Source of the DNA: Deinococcota bacterium
GTDB taxonomy: Bacteria > Deinococcota > Deinococci > Deinococcales > Thermaceae
Direction: 5' to 3'
DNA length: 64,000 bases
Assembly: GCA_041695225.1 (NCBI GenBank)
Contig: JBGFRI010000046.1
Span: 32,001 to 96,000 of the forward strand
In this document: positions 10,914-20,359 of the stretch, in pieces
How positions within the stretch are numbered: position 1 is the stretch's first letter
How the letters are laid out: each line of letters starts with the position of its first letter
Position numbers and translations under genes: made by a program
The notes under the pieces: model-generated
Seen by the model: only the letters and a program-made list of their open reading frames with translations
Database searches by the model: none
What the model was told of the DNA's origin: nothing

Positions 10914-10989
10914 GAGGCTTGTCCTGAGCCTTGCCCTGAGCCCGTCGAAGGAGCCTGCCCTGAGCCTGTCGAAGGGGCAGTCGAAGGGA
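10914..10989 (+). repeat. Nested REP-like palindromic units (CCTGAGC-N-GTCGAAGG family)
   Basis: GTCCTGAGC [GCCCTGAGCCCGTCGAAGGA GCCTGCCCTGAGCCTGTCGAAGGG] GCAGTCGAAGGG. Related copies at ~14883, ~20021 and ~62564 (reverse). Confidence 0.75.
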
Positions 10990-11011
10990 TGGGGGTGATT
11001 AATCTATACCT

Positions 11012-11695
11012 GTGCGCATCTCAGTGGTAGTTCCAGCCCGAAACGAGCAGGAGTACATTGAGGGCTGCCTGGGGGCCTTAAAGCAGCAGACCCTGCAGCC
11101 TGATGAAGTTATTGTGGTGGACAATGGTTCAACCGACCAGACCTGTGAGCGGGTAATGGGAATGGGGGTCAGGCTGATAAGCTGCCCCACGCCAGGGGTA
11201 GCGCTAGCGCGTCAGGTCGGGCTGGAAGCAGCCACGGGTGACTGGGTCGCTACCACCGATGCCGATAGCCGGCCGGTTGCGGGCTGGCTCGAGGCTCTGC
11301 AGCCGCACATGGAAGACTGCGTAGCGCTTTACGGCCCCATGCGGATGTTTGGTCTTCCGGCCTGGCAAGAAACCTGCACCGAGCTGGGCTACGGTGTCTT
11401 CCTGAAAATTGCCATGCTTCTGGGCAGGCCCAACCTGGCTGCGGCAAACATGGCTTTTCATCGCCAGACCGCACTGGAGGTGGGTGGCTACCCAATGGTA
11501 GAAGCCCGCGAAGATGTGATTTTGGGTCTGAAGCTAAAGACCAGAGGCCAGGTTCGCTATGTTCGCGACGCACTTGTTCTGACCTCGGCCCGACGGGCCA
11601 GTGGCGGCTGGCTAAAGTTTTTGCTACAACACGCTAAGAACCTTGGCGGGGATTCGAAAGGATACTTTGCGGCAGAAGAGGGAAAGGGATCTTGA
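11012..11695 (+). CDS. Glycosyltransferase family 2
   Basis: ISVVVPARNE, VVDNGSTD, TTDAD (DxD), EDVILG and TSARR motifs. Confidence 0.9.
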   Translation: MRISVVVPARNEQEYIEGCLGALKQQTLQPDEVIVVDNGSTDQTCERVMGMGVRLISCPTPGVALARQVGLEAATGDWVATTDADSRPVAGWLEALQPHMEDCVALYGPMRMFGLPAWQETCTELGYGVFLKIAMLLGRPNLAAANMAFHRQTALEVGGYPMVEAREDVILGLKLKTRGQVRYVRDALVLTSARRASGGWLKFLLQHAKNLGGDSKGYFAAEEGKGS

Positions 11696-12842
11696 GGCGG
11701 CGTGGCTCAATTTCCACCAGCCGGGTGGCTTCGTCGTATATAGCCACGATCTGCTCGGCAACCCGACGGGCCGTGCGACGGTCGGCAAACTTGCGCGCAC
11801 CTTCACTAAAGCGCTGCCGCAGATGCTCATCGCGCAGCAGTTCCAGGGCCTTCTGAGCCATAGCCTGGTAGTCTCCGGGCCGCACCAGGTAGCCGCTACT
11901 GCCTTCATCTACCCCTTGCAGGGCACCCTCGGCCCCCACGATCACTACCGGCAGGCCCACAGCCTGGGCCTCCCAGATCACCAGCCCCTGGGTCTCGGTC
12001 TCACTGGCAAACAAAAAGAGCTCGGCCATCCGGTAATAGCCACCAATTTTCTCGTAGGGTACTGCGCCCACAAAGGTGACGTTATCACCAACCCCCAGCT
12101 GTTGGGCCAGCCGGGTTAGCAGATGGAGCTCGGGCCCCATCCCCACCAGGGCCAGATGAGCATCCGATTCCTTGCGAATTTCTGCCAAAGCACGGATCAC
12201 CACATCCACGCTTTTTTCTTTGCCCAGCCGTCCCACATGCAAAAGACGGCGCTTACCCGAAGGCCAGGGTGAAGGCGGGTCGGGGGCGGCCTGCAAGATA
12301 TCGGTATCTATACCCGTTGGAATGACCCTGATCTCGCGCTTGATCTCGTAGCTTTCGGCCAGCTTTTTGACCGGATCGGTAGGGGCAATGACCAGATCGG
12401 CGCGGTTGTAGAAAGCCTGACAGACCTTCTGTATTATCCCCACGTACTTGTCCAGGGTGGTCATGCCGGGGACATAGTGGGTATATTTCTCCACGTGGGT
12501 GTGAAAAGTCGAAACGTGTGGCAGGCGGTTTCGGTAGGCCAGCCGGGCACCCCAGATGCCAATAAAGAGCGGGGTATGGGTGTGAAAAATCTCGAACTCG
12601 GTGGGGAGCAGCCGGCTGCTGGGCATGGCCAGGCGCTGATCTTCGAAGAAAGGATAGGCCACGCTGGGTACCCGCACCACCCATTCTTCCCGGGGGTCGG
12701 CGTCGGGCATCTCGGGGGCCAGCACCCAGGCCTCGTGCCCCATGCGGCGCAGCTCACGCTTGAGCAGGTAGACACTGGTTGCGACCCCATTTGCGTTAGG
12801 CAGGTAGGCGTCGGTGAACAGGCCGATGCGGTAAAGGCGCAC
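11634..12842 (-). CDS. Glycosyltransferase family 4 (diacylglycerol alpha-glucosyltransferase-like)
   Basis: IGLFTDAYLPNANGVATS, HTHTP, STFHT, VGRLGKEK and ETETQGLVIWEA motifs, typical of MGS-like GT4 enzymes. Confidence 0.88.
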   Translation of the reverse strand: MRLYRIGLFTDAYLPNANGVATSVYLLKRELRRMGHEAWVLAPEMPDADPREEWVVRVPSVAYPFFEDQRLAMPSSRLLPTEFEIFHTHTPLFIGIWGARLAYRNRLPHVSTFHTHVEKYTHYVPGMTTLDKYVGIIQKVCQAFYNRADLVIAPTDPVKKLAESYEIKREIRVIPTGIDTDILQAAPDPPSPWPSGKRRLLHVGRLGKEKSVDVVIRALAEIRKESDAHLALVGMGPELHLLTRLAQQLGVGDNVTFVGAVPYEKIGGYYRMAELFLFASETETQGLVIWEAQAVGLPVVIVGAEGALQGVDEGSSGYLVRPGDYQAMAQKALELLRDEHLRQRFSEGARKFADRRTARRVAEQIVAIYDEATRLVEIEPRRLKIPFPLLPQSILSNPRQGS

Positions 12843-12885
12843 GGGTATATGTTAGCACAGCCCCCAGTGAGCTTCTCAAACCCGG
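12613..12885. repeat. Direct repeat copy 1 (GT4 5' end plus promoter)
   Basis: Near-identical to 14919-15191 (offset 2306 nt). The coding part is almost identical; the upstream part is diverged. Confidence 0.95.
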
Positions 12886-12962
12886 TTTATAGCCGCCAGG
12901 TGAGTTTTCCATGAGCTGCGCGCACCAGTGGCGACGCAGTGGAGGGGGTTTCTGGGTAGGGC

Positions 12963-13292
12963 CTGCTTGCCGACGATCTTCACCTGCGCGATTGGAACAC
13001 CTCGATTCGGGGCAAGACCAAAGCCCTCCGCGAAACCGCCAGGAACTTTGTCGAAGCCGACAGCCTTGAAAGCCGCCTGTTGGAACTGTACAAAAACGCC
13101 GGCATGGTCGCCGAAGAGGTTCTTATGGTTGGGCATGGCACGATTGAACTTCAAGTGGTGGATGCGTCGGCATTTGATGTTGAGGGGAAAATCAAAGCCA
13201 TCCCTTCGTACAAAGGGCCAAGCGATTGTCTTGCACCAGGTCAGATTTGCCATTGCGCTTCGACCAGTACGGCACAGGCAGCGCCGTGCTAA
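12963..13292 (+). pseudogene. Remnant of a SnoaL/NTF2-like protein
   Basis: Frame reads LLADDLHLRDWNTSIRGKTKALRETARNF...VVDASAFDVEGKIKAIPSY. An in-frame TAG lies just upstream and there is no proper start codon. Confidence 0.55.
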
Positions 13293-13649
13293 AACGGTCG
13301 TAATGTACCTGGCACGGCGGTTTTTGCCGTGCCGGGTGTGCGCTGGGCTGCGGGGTGCCCAGCCTCAACCCGCAGGAAATCCTGCGTCAGATTGGTGGGG
13401 GCAGTTTCAACCCCAGGGGTATCTGGTTAAGCCCACTGCACCACCAGAAAATGTGTGAGTGGTGGAACCTTTCCGCACGGAGCTGGTGAGCTAGTATCCA
13501 TTTACCTGGTCTGGGCTATAGAGCGGTTTGTGGAATGGTGGAATGATTGACCGGAATAGAGTGAAAGCTACAGGTGGTGCTCGCGGCAAGTGCCCCCGAG
13601 CCGGAAAAAGGCGTATCCTTCTCCCGCCCTTGCGGCAGCAAGCCACGAG

Positions 13650-14798
13650 ATGAACCTCCATCACGGCGACTGGCTTTTGGACGCCCAAGCGGCGGCCACG
13701 GTGATAAGCCCCAACCGCCAGGAGGTCTACAGCTTCGACCTGGAGGGCCGCCCGCTAAGCTGGTTCGTCCGCGGCACCGTCTACAAGCGCTCGCTGGCCT
13801 CGAGGGTGTTTGGGCGGCGGCGGGAGGGTGGGGTACGTCGGCGCTGGGAGTTGTCGGAAGAGGCGGCAGCGGCGCAGTTTGTTGCGGTGCAAAAGAGTGT
13901 CGAGCTGCTTATGGCCGAGCCTTTGCCGCGGGTATTCCTTGAGCGGCTGGCGGGCATCCGGAGCTGGACACCAGAGCGTCTGCTGGCCGAGCGCGCTCGT
14001 TTCGAGGAGGCCTACCTACCGATCAGCATCCTCCCGCCCGACCAGTATCTGGCGGTGGTGCTGCAGGCTACCTTCGGCTGCTCCTGGAACCAGTGCACCT
14101 TCTGCAACTTCTATCAGGACCGCCCGTTTAGCACCAAGACGCCCGCGGCCTTCGACGAGCACCTGAGCCGTGTGGCGGCCCTGCTGGGCGAGGCGGCGGC
14201 GCTGCGCCAGAGCATCTTTTTAGCCGACGGCAACGCGCTGATTCTGGCCAACGCTCGGCTGATGCCGCTGATCGAACGCGCCCAGGCAGCCTTTCCCGGA
14301 CGCGGCATATATGGCTTTGTGGACGTCTTCACCGGGGAGAAAAAGTCGCTTGCCGACTGGCAGGCGCTTCAACGAGCCGGACTAAGGCGCGTCTATATTG
14401 GCCTGGAAACGGGTCACGACGCGCTGCTGGCCTGGATGAACAAACCCGGCGGCGCCGCCGAGGCGCAGGATTTTATCGCTACGCTAAAACAGGCCGGGCT
14501 TAGCGTCTCGGTGATCGTGATGGTGGGGGCGGGTGGCAGCGCCTTTGCCGAGGCCCACCTGCGCGACAGTCTGGCGCTGCTGGCGGCTTTACCTTTCGCC
14601 AGGGGCGACCTGGTCTACCTTTCGCCCTTTATCGAACACCCCGGCTCGGTCTATGCTGAGCGCGCTGCCGCACTGGGCAGCCGGGCGCTTAGCGACGGTG
14701 AGCGGGCTGAGCAGTTTGCGGCTCTGAAGAGCGGCATCCGCCAGGCCCATCCTGAGGCCAGGGTCGCGCTGTATCACCTGGAAGAGTTCTTCTACTGA
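13650..14798 (+). CDS. Radical SAM protein
   Basis: CxxxxCxxC variant motif (GCSWNQCTFCNFY), plus IFLADGNAL and RVYIGLETG. ATG at 13650 chosen; the ORF track starts at 13590. Confidence 0.88.
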   Translation: MNLHHGDWLLDAQAAATVISPNRQEVYSFDLEGRPLSWFVRGTVYKRSLASRVFGRRREGGVRRRWELSEEAAAAQFVAVQKSVELLMAEPLPRVFLERLAGIRSWTPERLLAERARFEEAYLPISILPPDQYLAVVLQATFGCSWNQCTFCNFYQDRPFSTKTPAAFDEHLSRVAALLGEAAALRQSIFLADGNALILANARLMPLIERAQAAFPGRGIYGFVDVFTGEKKSLADWQALQRAGLRRVYIGLETGHDALLAWMNKPGGAAEAQDFIATLKQAGLSVSVIVMVGAGGSAFAEAHLRDSLALLAALPFARGDLVYLSPFIEHPGSVYAERAAALGSRALSDGERAEQFAALKSGIRQAHPEARVALYHLEEFFY

Positions 14799-14918
14799 AC
14801 CACCTAGCCAGATACCAGCAACAGACTGTGGGTAGTGCGTGCGGTAAGCCCCACAACCCCTGGACGGGGCCAAGTGGCGGGCTCTGAGGCGTAGCCGAAG
14901 GGGAAGCTCAGACCCCCG

Positions 14919-15191
14919 CGGCTGCTGGGCATGGCCAGGCGCTGATCTTCGAAGAAAGGATAGGCCACGCTGGGTACCCGCACCACCCATTCTTCCCGGG
15001 GGTCGGCGTCGGGCATCTCGGGGGCCAGCACCCAGGCCTCGTGCCCCATGCGGCGCAGCTCACGCTTGAGCAGGTAGACACTGGTTGCGACCCCATTTGC
15101 GTTAGGCAGGTAGGCGTCGGTGAACAGGCCGATGCGCTAAAGGCGCACGGGCATATGTTAGCGCAACCCCCAACCAGCCCTTCAAACCCGG
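14919..15191 (-). pseudogene. Duplicated 5' fragment of the GT4 gene (direct repeat copy 2) with a nonsense codon 4
   Basis: Reads GTG CGC CTT TAG versus GTG CGC CTT TAC in the intact gene. Homology ends after ...AMPSSR, next to a REP-like unit. Confidence 0.9.
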
Positions 15192-15282
15192 GCTGCATCA
15201 GCCTTATGAGCGTCTAATTGCCGTGCGGTGCCAGGAACTGAGTTCAAGAAATGGATAGGTCAGATCTGGGTCCGGGTTTGGG

Positions 15283-16464
15283 TCATCGTACCTTGCTTCC
15301 GCCTATGTAGACAGCGTGAATGGAGCGGTCTCCCCAGTGATAGAGGGGCTCCAGCGCATGGGGCGAGTCCACCACCACAAAGTCGGCCCAGTTGCCGGCC
15401 AAAAGCCTCCCCAGATCCCCTCTTCCCAGCGCGTCGGCGGCATGGGAAGTGTGGGCAGTCAGGGCTTCTTCAGCCGAAAGATGGCCCAAGCATATGGCCA
15501 GTTGCATCCCCAGCCAGGGGCTAAACAGTGGACTGCTGCCGGGGTTGTGGTCGGTGGCGATGGCCACTTTTACCCCGGCATCCCAGATCGCCCGGACGTT
15601 GAGGAAAGGTTTGCGCAGGATGACTGCTGCCCCCGGTAGTACCGTGCCGATGGTGCTGATCTGAGCCAGCGCCTGCCAGTCGGCGGGGGTGGTCTGCTCG
15701 AGGTGGTCTGCCGACAGCGCCCCCAGCTCCGCCGCCAGCCGGGCAGCCCCGGTATGAGCGATCTGCTCGGCGTGCACTTTGATCTTCAGGCCGTGGGCCA
15801 GGGCGGCCTCGAGGATCTCCCGCGTCTCGCTCAGGGTAAACGCCCCCTGGTCGCAAAAGACATCTACCGCTTCCGCCAGGCCCGCCTGGGCCACCTCGGG
15901 GATCAGTTCGTGTGCGAACATCTGCACGTACTTACCGCGCTCCCACCCCCTGGGAACAACGTGGGCCAGCAGGGTAGGGAAGACGTGCTGGGGCAGGGTT
16001 TGTTTCAGCTTCTGAATAACCCGCAGCATCCGGAGTTCGGCCTGGGGTTCAAGCCCATAGCCGCTCTTGATTTCCAGCGTGGTGACACCTTTAGCTAAGA
16101 ACTTCTCGGCCCGGGCTCGAGCCTGCGCGTACAACTCCTCTTCAGAAGCCGCATCGGTCGCCCTTACGGTTGAATAAATCCCACCTCCCTCCGCCAGAAT
16201 CGCCTCGTAACTTTCCCCCCTGGCCCGCCGCAGATACTCGTCCAGGCGGTCTCCGCCATAGACCAGGTGGGTGTGAGCGTCCACAATGCCGGGCACCACC
16301 CCGCGCCCGCCTAAGTCGGTGCGTTCCCAACGGTGGTACTCCTGGGGCAGTTTAGGCTCAGATCCAACCCAGACCAGGCGCCCGTCCTGCACAGCCAGGG
16401 CGGCCTGCTCGAGCCTTTCTTTTGGCGTGTATAGCTCAGAAATCCCGGTAAATACCCGTTTCAT
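15283..16464 (-). CDS. hutI: Imidazolonepropionase
   Basis: DAHTHLV, EIKSGYGL, DVFCD, HAEQ, SADHLE and ATDHNPGSSP motifs. Confidence 0.97.
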   Translation of the reverse strand: MKRVFTGISELYTPKERLEQAALAVQDGRLVWVGSEPKLPQEYHRWERTDLGGRGVVPGIVDAHTHLVYGGDRLDEYLRRARGESYEAILAEGGGIYSTVRATDAASEEELYAQARARAEKFLAKGVTTLEIKSGYGLEPQAELRMLRVIQKLKQTLPQHVFPTLLAHVVPRGWERGKYVQMFAHELIPEVAQAGLAEAVDVFCDQGAFTLSETREILEAALAHGLKIKVHAEQIAHTGAARLAAELGALSADHLEQTTPADWQALAQISTIGTVLPGAAVILRKPFLNVRAIWDAGVKVAIATDHNPGSSPLFSPWLGMQLAICLGHLSAEEALTAHTSHAADALGRGDLGRLLAGNWADFVVVDSPHALEPLYHWGDRSIHAVYIGGSKVR

Positions 16465-16501
16465 TCAACCCCTTACCCAAAAATGCCAGTCGGTCTCCGC
16501 C

Positions 16502-16556
16502 GTGACCCTCGACCCTTGACTCTCGACACTCCGCCCTAGACCCTCGACCATCGACG
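16502..16556. repeat. Period-7 repeat array (GACCCTC-like)
   Basis: gaccctc gaccctt gactctc gacactc cgcccta gaccctc gaccatc gac. Confidence 0.8.
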
Positions 16557-16571
16557 GCTTCCTTGGGACGC

Positions 16572-18218
16572 CTACTTCTCCCAGCCCGCCAGATCCAGTC
16601 CGCCCTCTTGGGCCACCTTCTTCGCCTCGGGGTAGCCCGCGTGAGCATGGCGCATTACCCCGCTGCCGGGGTCGTTGACCAGGACGCGCTTTAGGCGGTA
16701 GGCCGCCTCCTCTGAGCCGTCGGCTACCGTGACCTGACCCGCGTGGAGCGAGTAGCCCATCCCCACCCCGCCGCCGTGGTGGAAGCTGACCCAGGCCGCC
16801 CCCGCGACCGCGTTGAGGGCGAAGTTCAGGATGGGCCAGTCGGCCACTGCGTCGGAGCTATCCCGCATGGCCTCGGTCTCGCGGTAAGGCGAGGCCACGC
16901 TGCCGGCGTCGAGGTGGTCGCGCCCGATCACTATGGGCGCCAGGAGCTCACCCTGCTGCACCATCTGGTTGAAGAGCAGACCGGCCTTATCCCGCTCGCC
17001 ATAACCCAGCCAGCAGATGCGGGCGGGCAGGCCCTGGAACCTGAACTTCTTCACTCCCTGGGTCAGCCAGCGATGCAGGCCGTCATCGTCGGGGAAAAGT
17101 TTCAGCATGGCCTGGTCGGTCTGGTAGATGTCTTCGGGCTTGCCCGAGAGCGCCACCCAGCGGAAGGGGCCGCGCCCCTGACAGAACTGGTCGCGGATGA
17201 AGGCCGGTACAAAGCCCGGATAGCTGAAGGCCTCGGCAAAGCCGCCCTCCTGCGCGAAAGCCCGCAGGTTGTTGCCATAGTCAAAAGCAACGGCCCCTTG
17301 CTCCTGCATCTCCACAATTGAGCGGCAGTGGGTGGCCATGTCGTGCAGCACACGCTTTTTGTATCCCTGGGGGTCGGCCTGGCGCAGGGCCTGGGGGTCT
17401 TCGTCGGCTTTGAGAATGGGAATGTAGCCGTACAGGGGGTCGTGGGCGCTGGTCTGGTCGGTGACTAAATCGGGTACAAAGCCCATCTGAACCATCTGCG
17501 GCAGTACCTCGGCAGTGTTGCCCAGCAGTCCGATGGAGAGGGGCTCACCTGTACGTTTTGCTTCTTCGGCAAGCCTCAGGGCTTCTTCCAGGCTCTCGGC
17601 GCGAACGTCCAGATAGGCTGTATCCAGCCTGCGCTGGATGCGCCGGGGGTCAATCTCGACACATATCGCTACCCCGCCGTTAAGGGTTACAGCCAGGGGC
17701 TGCGCCCCACCCATGCCGCCCAGCCCACCCGTGACGGTAATGGTGCCCCGCAGCGAGCCGCCAAAGTGTTTGCGAGCGGCTGCCGCAAAGGTCTCATACG
17801 TGCCCTGCAAAATGCCCTGGGTGCCGATGTAAATCCAGCTTCCGGCGGTCATCTGGCCGTACATCATCAGGCCCAGCCGGTCTAGCCGGTCGAACTCCTC
17901 CCAGGTGGCCCAATGGGGCACCAGGTTGGAGTTGGCCAGGATGACGCGCGGGGCCAGGGGCTGGGTACGGAAGACGCCTGCCGCCCGGCCCGACTGCACC
18001 AGCAGGGTTTCATCGTTTTCCAGCCGCTCCAGTGTCGCCAGAATGCGCTCCAAATCTTCCGGGCTGCGGGCGGCCTTGCCCCGCCCACCATAGACAATCA
18101 GCTCCTCGGGTTTCTCGGCCACCTGGGGGTCCAGGTTGTTGAGGAGCATGCGCCTGGCAGCCTCCTGAATCCAGCCTTTGGCGCTGCGGTGGGGGCTTCT
18201 GGGGGCTCGATAAGTCAT
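16572..18218 (-). CDS. hutU: Urocanate hydratase
   Basis: [43 protein letters not shown] and GRDHLD motifs. Confidence 0.98.
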   Translation of the reverse strand: MTYRAPRSPHRSAKGWIQEAARRMLLNNLDPQVAEKPEELIVYGGRGKAARSPEDLERILATLERLENDETLLVQSGRAAGVFRTQPLAPRVILANSNLVPHWATWEEFDRLDRLGLMMYGQMTAGSWIYIGTQGILQGTYETFAAAARKHFGGSLRGTITVTGGLGGMGGAQPLAVTLNGGVAICVEIDPRRIQRRLDTAYLDVRAESLEEALRLAEEAKRTGEPLSIGLLGNTAEVLPQMVQMGFVPDLVTDQTSAHDPLYGYIPILKADEDPQALRQADPQGYKKRVLHDMATHCRSIVEMQEQGAVAFDYGNNLRAFAQEGGFAEAFSYPGFVPAFIRDQFCQGRGPFRWVALSGKPEDIYQTDQAMLKLFPDDDGLHRWLTQGVKKFRFQGLPARICWLGYGERDKAGLLFNQMVQQGELLAPIVIGRDHLDAGSVASPYRETEAMRDSSDAVADWPILNFALNAVAGAAWVSFHHGGGVGMGYSLHAGQVTVADGSEEAAYRLKRVLVNDPGSGVMRHAHAGYPEAKKVAQEGGLDLAGWEK

Positions 18219-18245
18219 GGCTGACTCCTTTTTAGCGGCTGCAAA

Positions 18246-18451
18246 ATAGCCAATAGCCTATAGCCGATGGCCGATAGCTGATAGCTTATAGCCAAACGAC
18301 AAAGGTCGAAAGTCGAAGGACAAAGGTCGAAGGCCAAAACGCGAGACCGTTGCAGACCTTCGACCTTAGACCTTAGACGTGCGACGATAGGAGCACAAGG
18401 CTAGACCGTCGACCCTAGACCCTAGACCATAGACCTGCGACGATAGGAGCA
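18246..18451. repeat. Composite period-7 arrays (ATAGCCN, AAGGTCG, GACCTTA, GACCCTA)
   Basis: Directly visible tandem heptamers fill the hutU/hutH intergenic region. Confidence 0.85.
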
Positions 18452-18453
18452 GT

Positions 18454-19974
18454 ATGGTCGAGCTCGATAAAGGGCTAAGCCTGGAGGAGTTTGGGCAGGT
18501 GGTGCGGCAGGGGGCGCCGGTGCGGCTGGCAGACGCTGCCAGGGAGCGCACCGACCACTGCCGGGCTTTTGTGGAAGAGCTGGTTGCGCTGGGCGAGCCA
18601 GTATATGGCCTGAATACCGGCTTTGGCCGACTGTCCAGCGTGCGGGTCGAGAGTAAGGATCTCAGACTGTTGCAGCGCAATCTGTTGCTTTCCCATGCCA
18701 TTGGGGTGGGGGCGCCCTTTCCCGGCGAGGTGGTGCGCGGCATGCTGCTGCTACGGGCCCAGAGCCTGGCCCTTGGCTACTCTGGGGTGCGCGCGTTGGT
18801 GGTGGACTACCTGCTGGAATTCCTCAACCGTGGCATCAGCCCGCTGGTTCCTTCGCAGGGCTCGGTGGGGGCTTCGGGCGACCTGGCCCCACTTTCCCAC
18901 ATGTGCCTGCCGCTCTTGGGCGAGGGTGAGGTGGAGTACCGGGGCCAGACCCGGCCCGCGGGCGAGGTGCTGCAGGAGGTGGGCTTAGAACCCCTGGAGC
19001 TCGAGGCCAAGGAAGGGCTCGCCCTGATCAATGGCACCCAGGCCATGACCTCCTTGCTGGCCCTGTTGCTGCTGGACTGCGATACCCTGCTCAAGACTGC
19101 CGATATCGCACTGGCCATGAGTGTAGAAGCCCTCAAGGGCAGCCACCGTCCCTTCGAGGAGGCGGTGGCCCAGCTGCGCCCCCACCCCGGTATGGCGGCA
19201 GCCAGCGCCAACCTGCGGCGCCTGCTGCAAAACTCGGAAATTATGCCTTCGCACGCCGACTGCGACCGGGTGCAGGATGCCTACTCGCTGCGGGCGGCCC
19301 CCCAGGTGCACGGGGCCAGCCGCGATGCCATCGCCCATGTGCGGGAGATAGCGCTGCGCGAGATGCAGAGCGTGACTGACAACCCCCTGGTCTTTCCCCA
19401 TGAAAAACGCACCATTTCGGCAGGCAATTTTCACGGTCAGCCATTGGCCCTTGGCGCCGACTATGCCGGCATTGCCATCGCCGAGCTGGCCAGTATCTCC
19501 GAGCGGCGCATTGAACAGATGCTCAATCCCGCGCTTTCCGGACTGCCTGCTTTTCTGGCAGTGGGTAGCGGCCTCAACTCGGGCCTGATGATCAGCCAGT
19601 ACACCGCCGCCGCCCTGGTGAGCGAAAACAAAGTGCTCGCTCACCCGGCCTCGGTGGACTCTATTCCCACCAGCGCTAACCAGGAGGACCATGTCTCTAT
19701 GGGAACCATTAGCTGCCGCAAGGCCAGGGCTATTTTTGAAAATGCCTTATGGGTACAGGCCATAGAGCTGGCCTCGGCTGCCCAGGCCCTGGATTTTCAC
19801 GCCCCACTGCGGCCCGGCAGGGGGGTCGAGGCAGTTTGGAGACGAATCCGGCAGGAGGTGCCCCACCTGGACCGGGACCGTTACCTGAAGCCCGAGCTGC
19901 TACGCATCTGCGAACTGATTCGTTCGGGTGAGCTGGTCTGGGTGGCAGAACAGGCGGTAGGCAGTTTGAGCTAG
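18454..19974 (+). CDS. hutH: Histidine ammonia-lyase
   Basis: VYGLNTGFG, the MIO-forming [21 protein letters not shown] and [10 protein letters not shown]. Confidence 0.98.
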   Translation: MVELDKGLSLEEFGQVVRQGAPVRLADAARERTDHCRAFVEELVALGEPVYGLNTGFGRLSSVRVESKDLRLLQRNLLLSHAIGVGAPFPGEVVRGMLLLRAQSLALGYSGVRALVVDYLLEFLNRGISPLVPSQGSVGASGDLAPLSHMCLPLLGEGEVEYRGQTRPAGEVLQEVGLEPLELEAKEGLALINGTQAMTSLLALLLLDCDTLLKTADIALAMSVEALKGSHRPFEEAVAQLRPHPGMAAASANLRRLLQNSEIMPSHADCDRVQDAYSLRAAPQVHGASRDAIAHVREIALREMQSVTDNPLVFPHEKRTISAGNFHGQPLALGADYAGIAIAELASISERRIEQMLNPALSGLPAFLAVGSGLNSGLMISQYTAAALVSENKVLAHPASVDSIPTSANQEDHVSMGTISCRKARAIFENALWVQAIELASAAQALDFHAPLRPGRGVEAVWRRIRQEVPHLDRDRYLKPELLRICELIRSGELVWVAEQAVGSLS

Positions 19975-20010
19975 GCGGCCTCAGAGTCTCCACAGCAACG
20001 GATTTTTCTC

Positions 20011-20151
20011 GCCATTGCGACCCTGAGGCGTAGCCGAAGGAGCCTGCCCTGAGCCTGCCGAAGGGGAAGCAATCCAGATCACCCCGTCGGCCAATGGCTT
20101 TACGACCCCTTCCTGGATTGCTTCGTCGGCCTGTGGCCTCCTCGCAACGAC
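20011..20151. repeat. Large REP-like inverted pair with nested CCTGAG/CGAAGG units
   Basis: GCCATTGCGA..GAAGCAATCCAG pairs with CTGGATTGCTTC..TCGCAACGAC. Lies between convergent hutH and acs. Confidence 0.7.
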
Positions 20152-20159
20152 GAGGTGGG

Positions 20160-20263
20160 GGCGACCTGCAACCCGAGACATTCCATTAGCCCATAGCCAA
20201 TGGCTGATAGCCGATAGCTTTTGACCTTTGACCTTGGACCTGCGACCTGAGACCTGAGACATC
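20160..20263. repeat. Period-7 arrays (ATAGCCG; GACCTGA/GACCTTT)
   Basis: atagcca atggctg atagccg atagctt; gaccttt gaccttg gacctgc gacctga gacctga. Confidence 0.8.
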
Positions 20264-20359
20264 AAACATGGCCTCCTCGCAGCGACGAAGGATGGCCTGC
20301 AACCTCCTCATAGTATGGTGGAAGCGGGGCTAAAACACTCAGGAGTAAAAAGCGCGCTA

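Noticed and set aside
12886..14918. Classical integrative element or IS
   Set aside because: No integrase, transposase, terminal inverted repeats or tRNA target is visible.
14804..15049. 81-aa ORF as a functional gene
   Set aside because: It is the in-frame remainder of the duplicated GT4 fragment running into repeat DNA.
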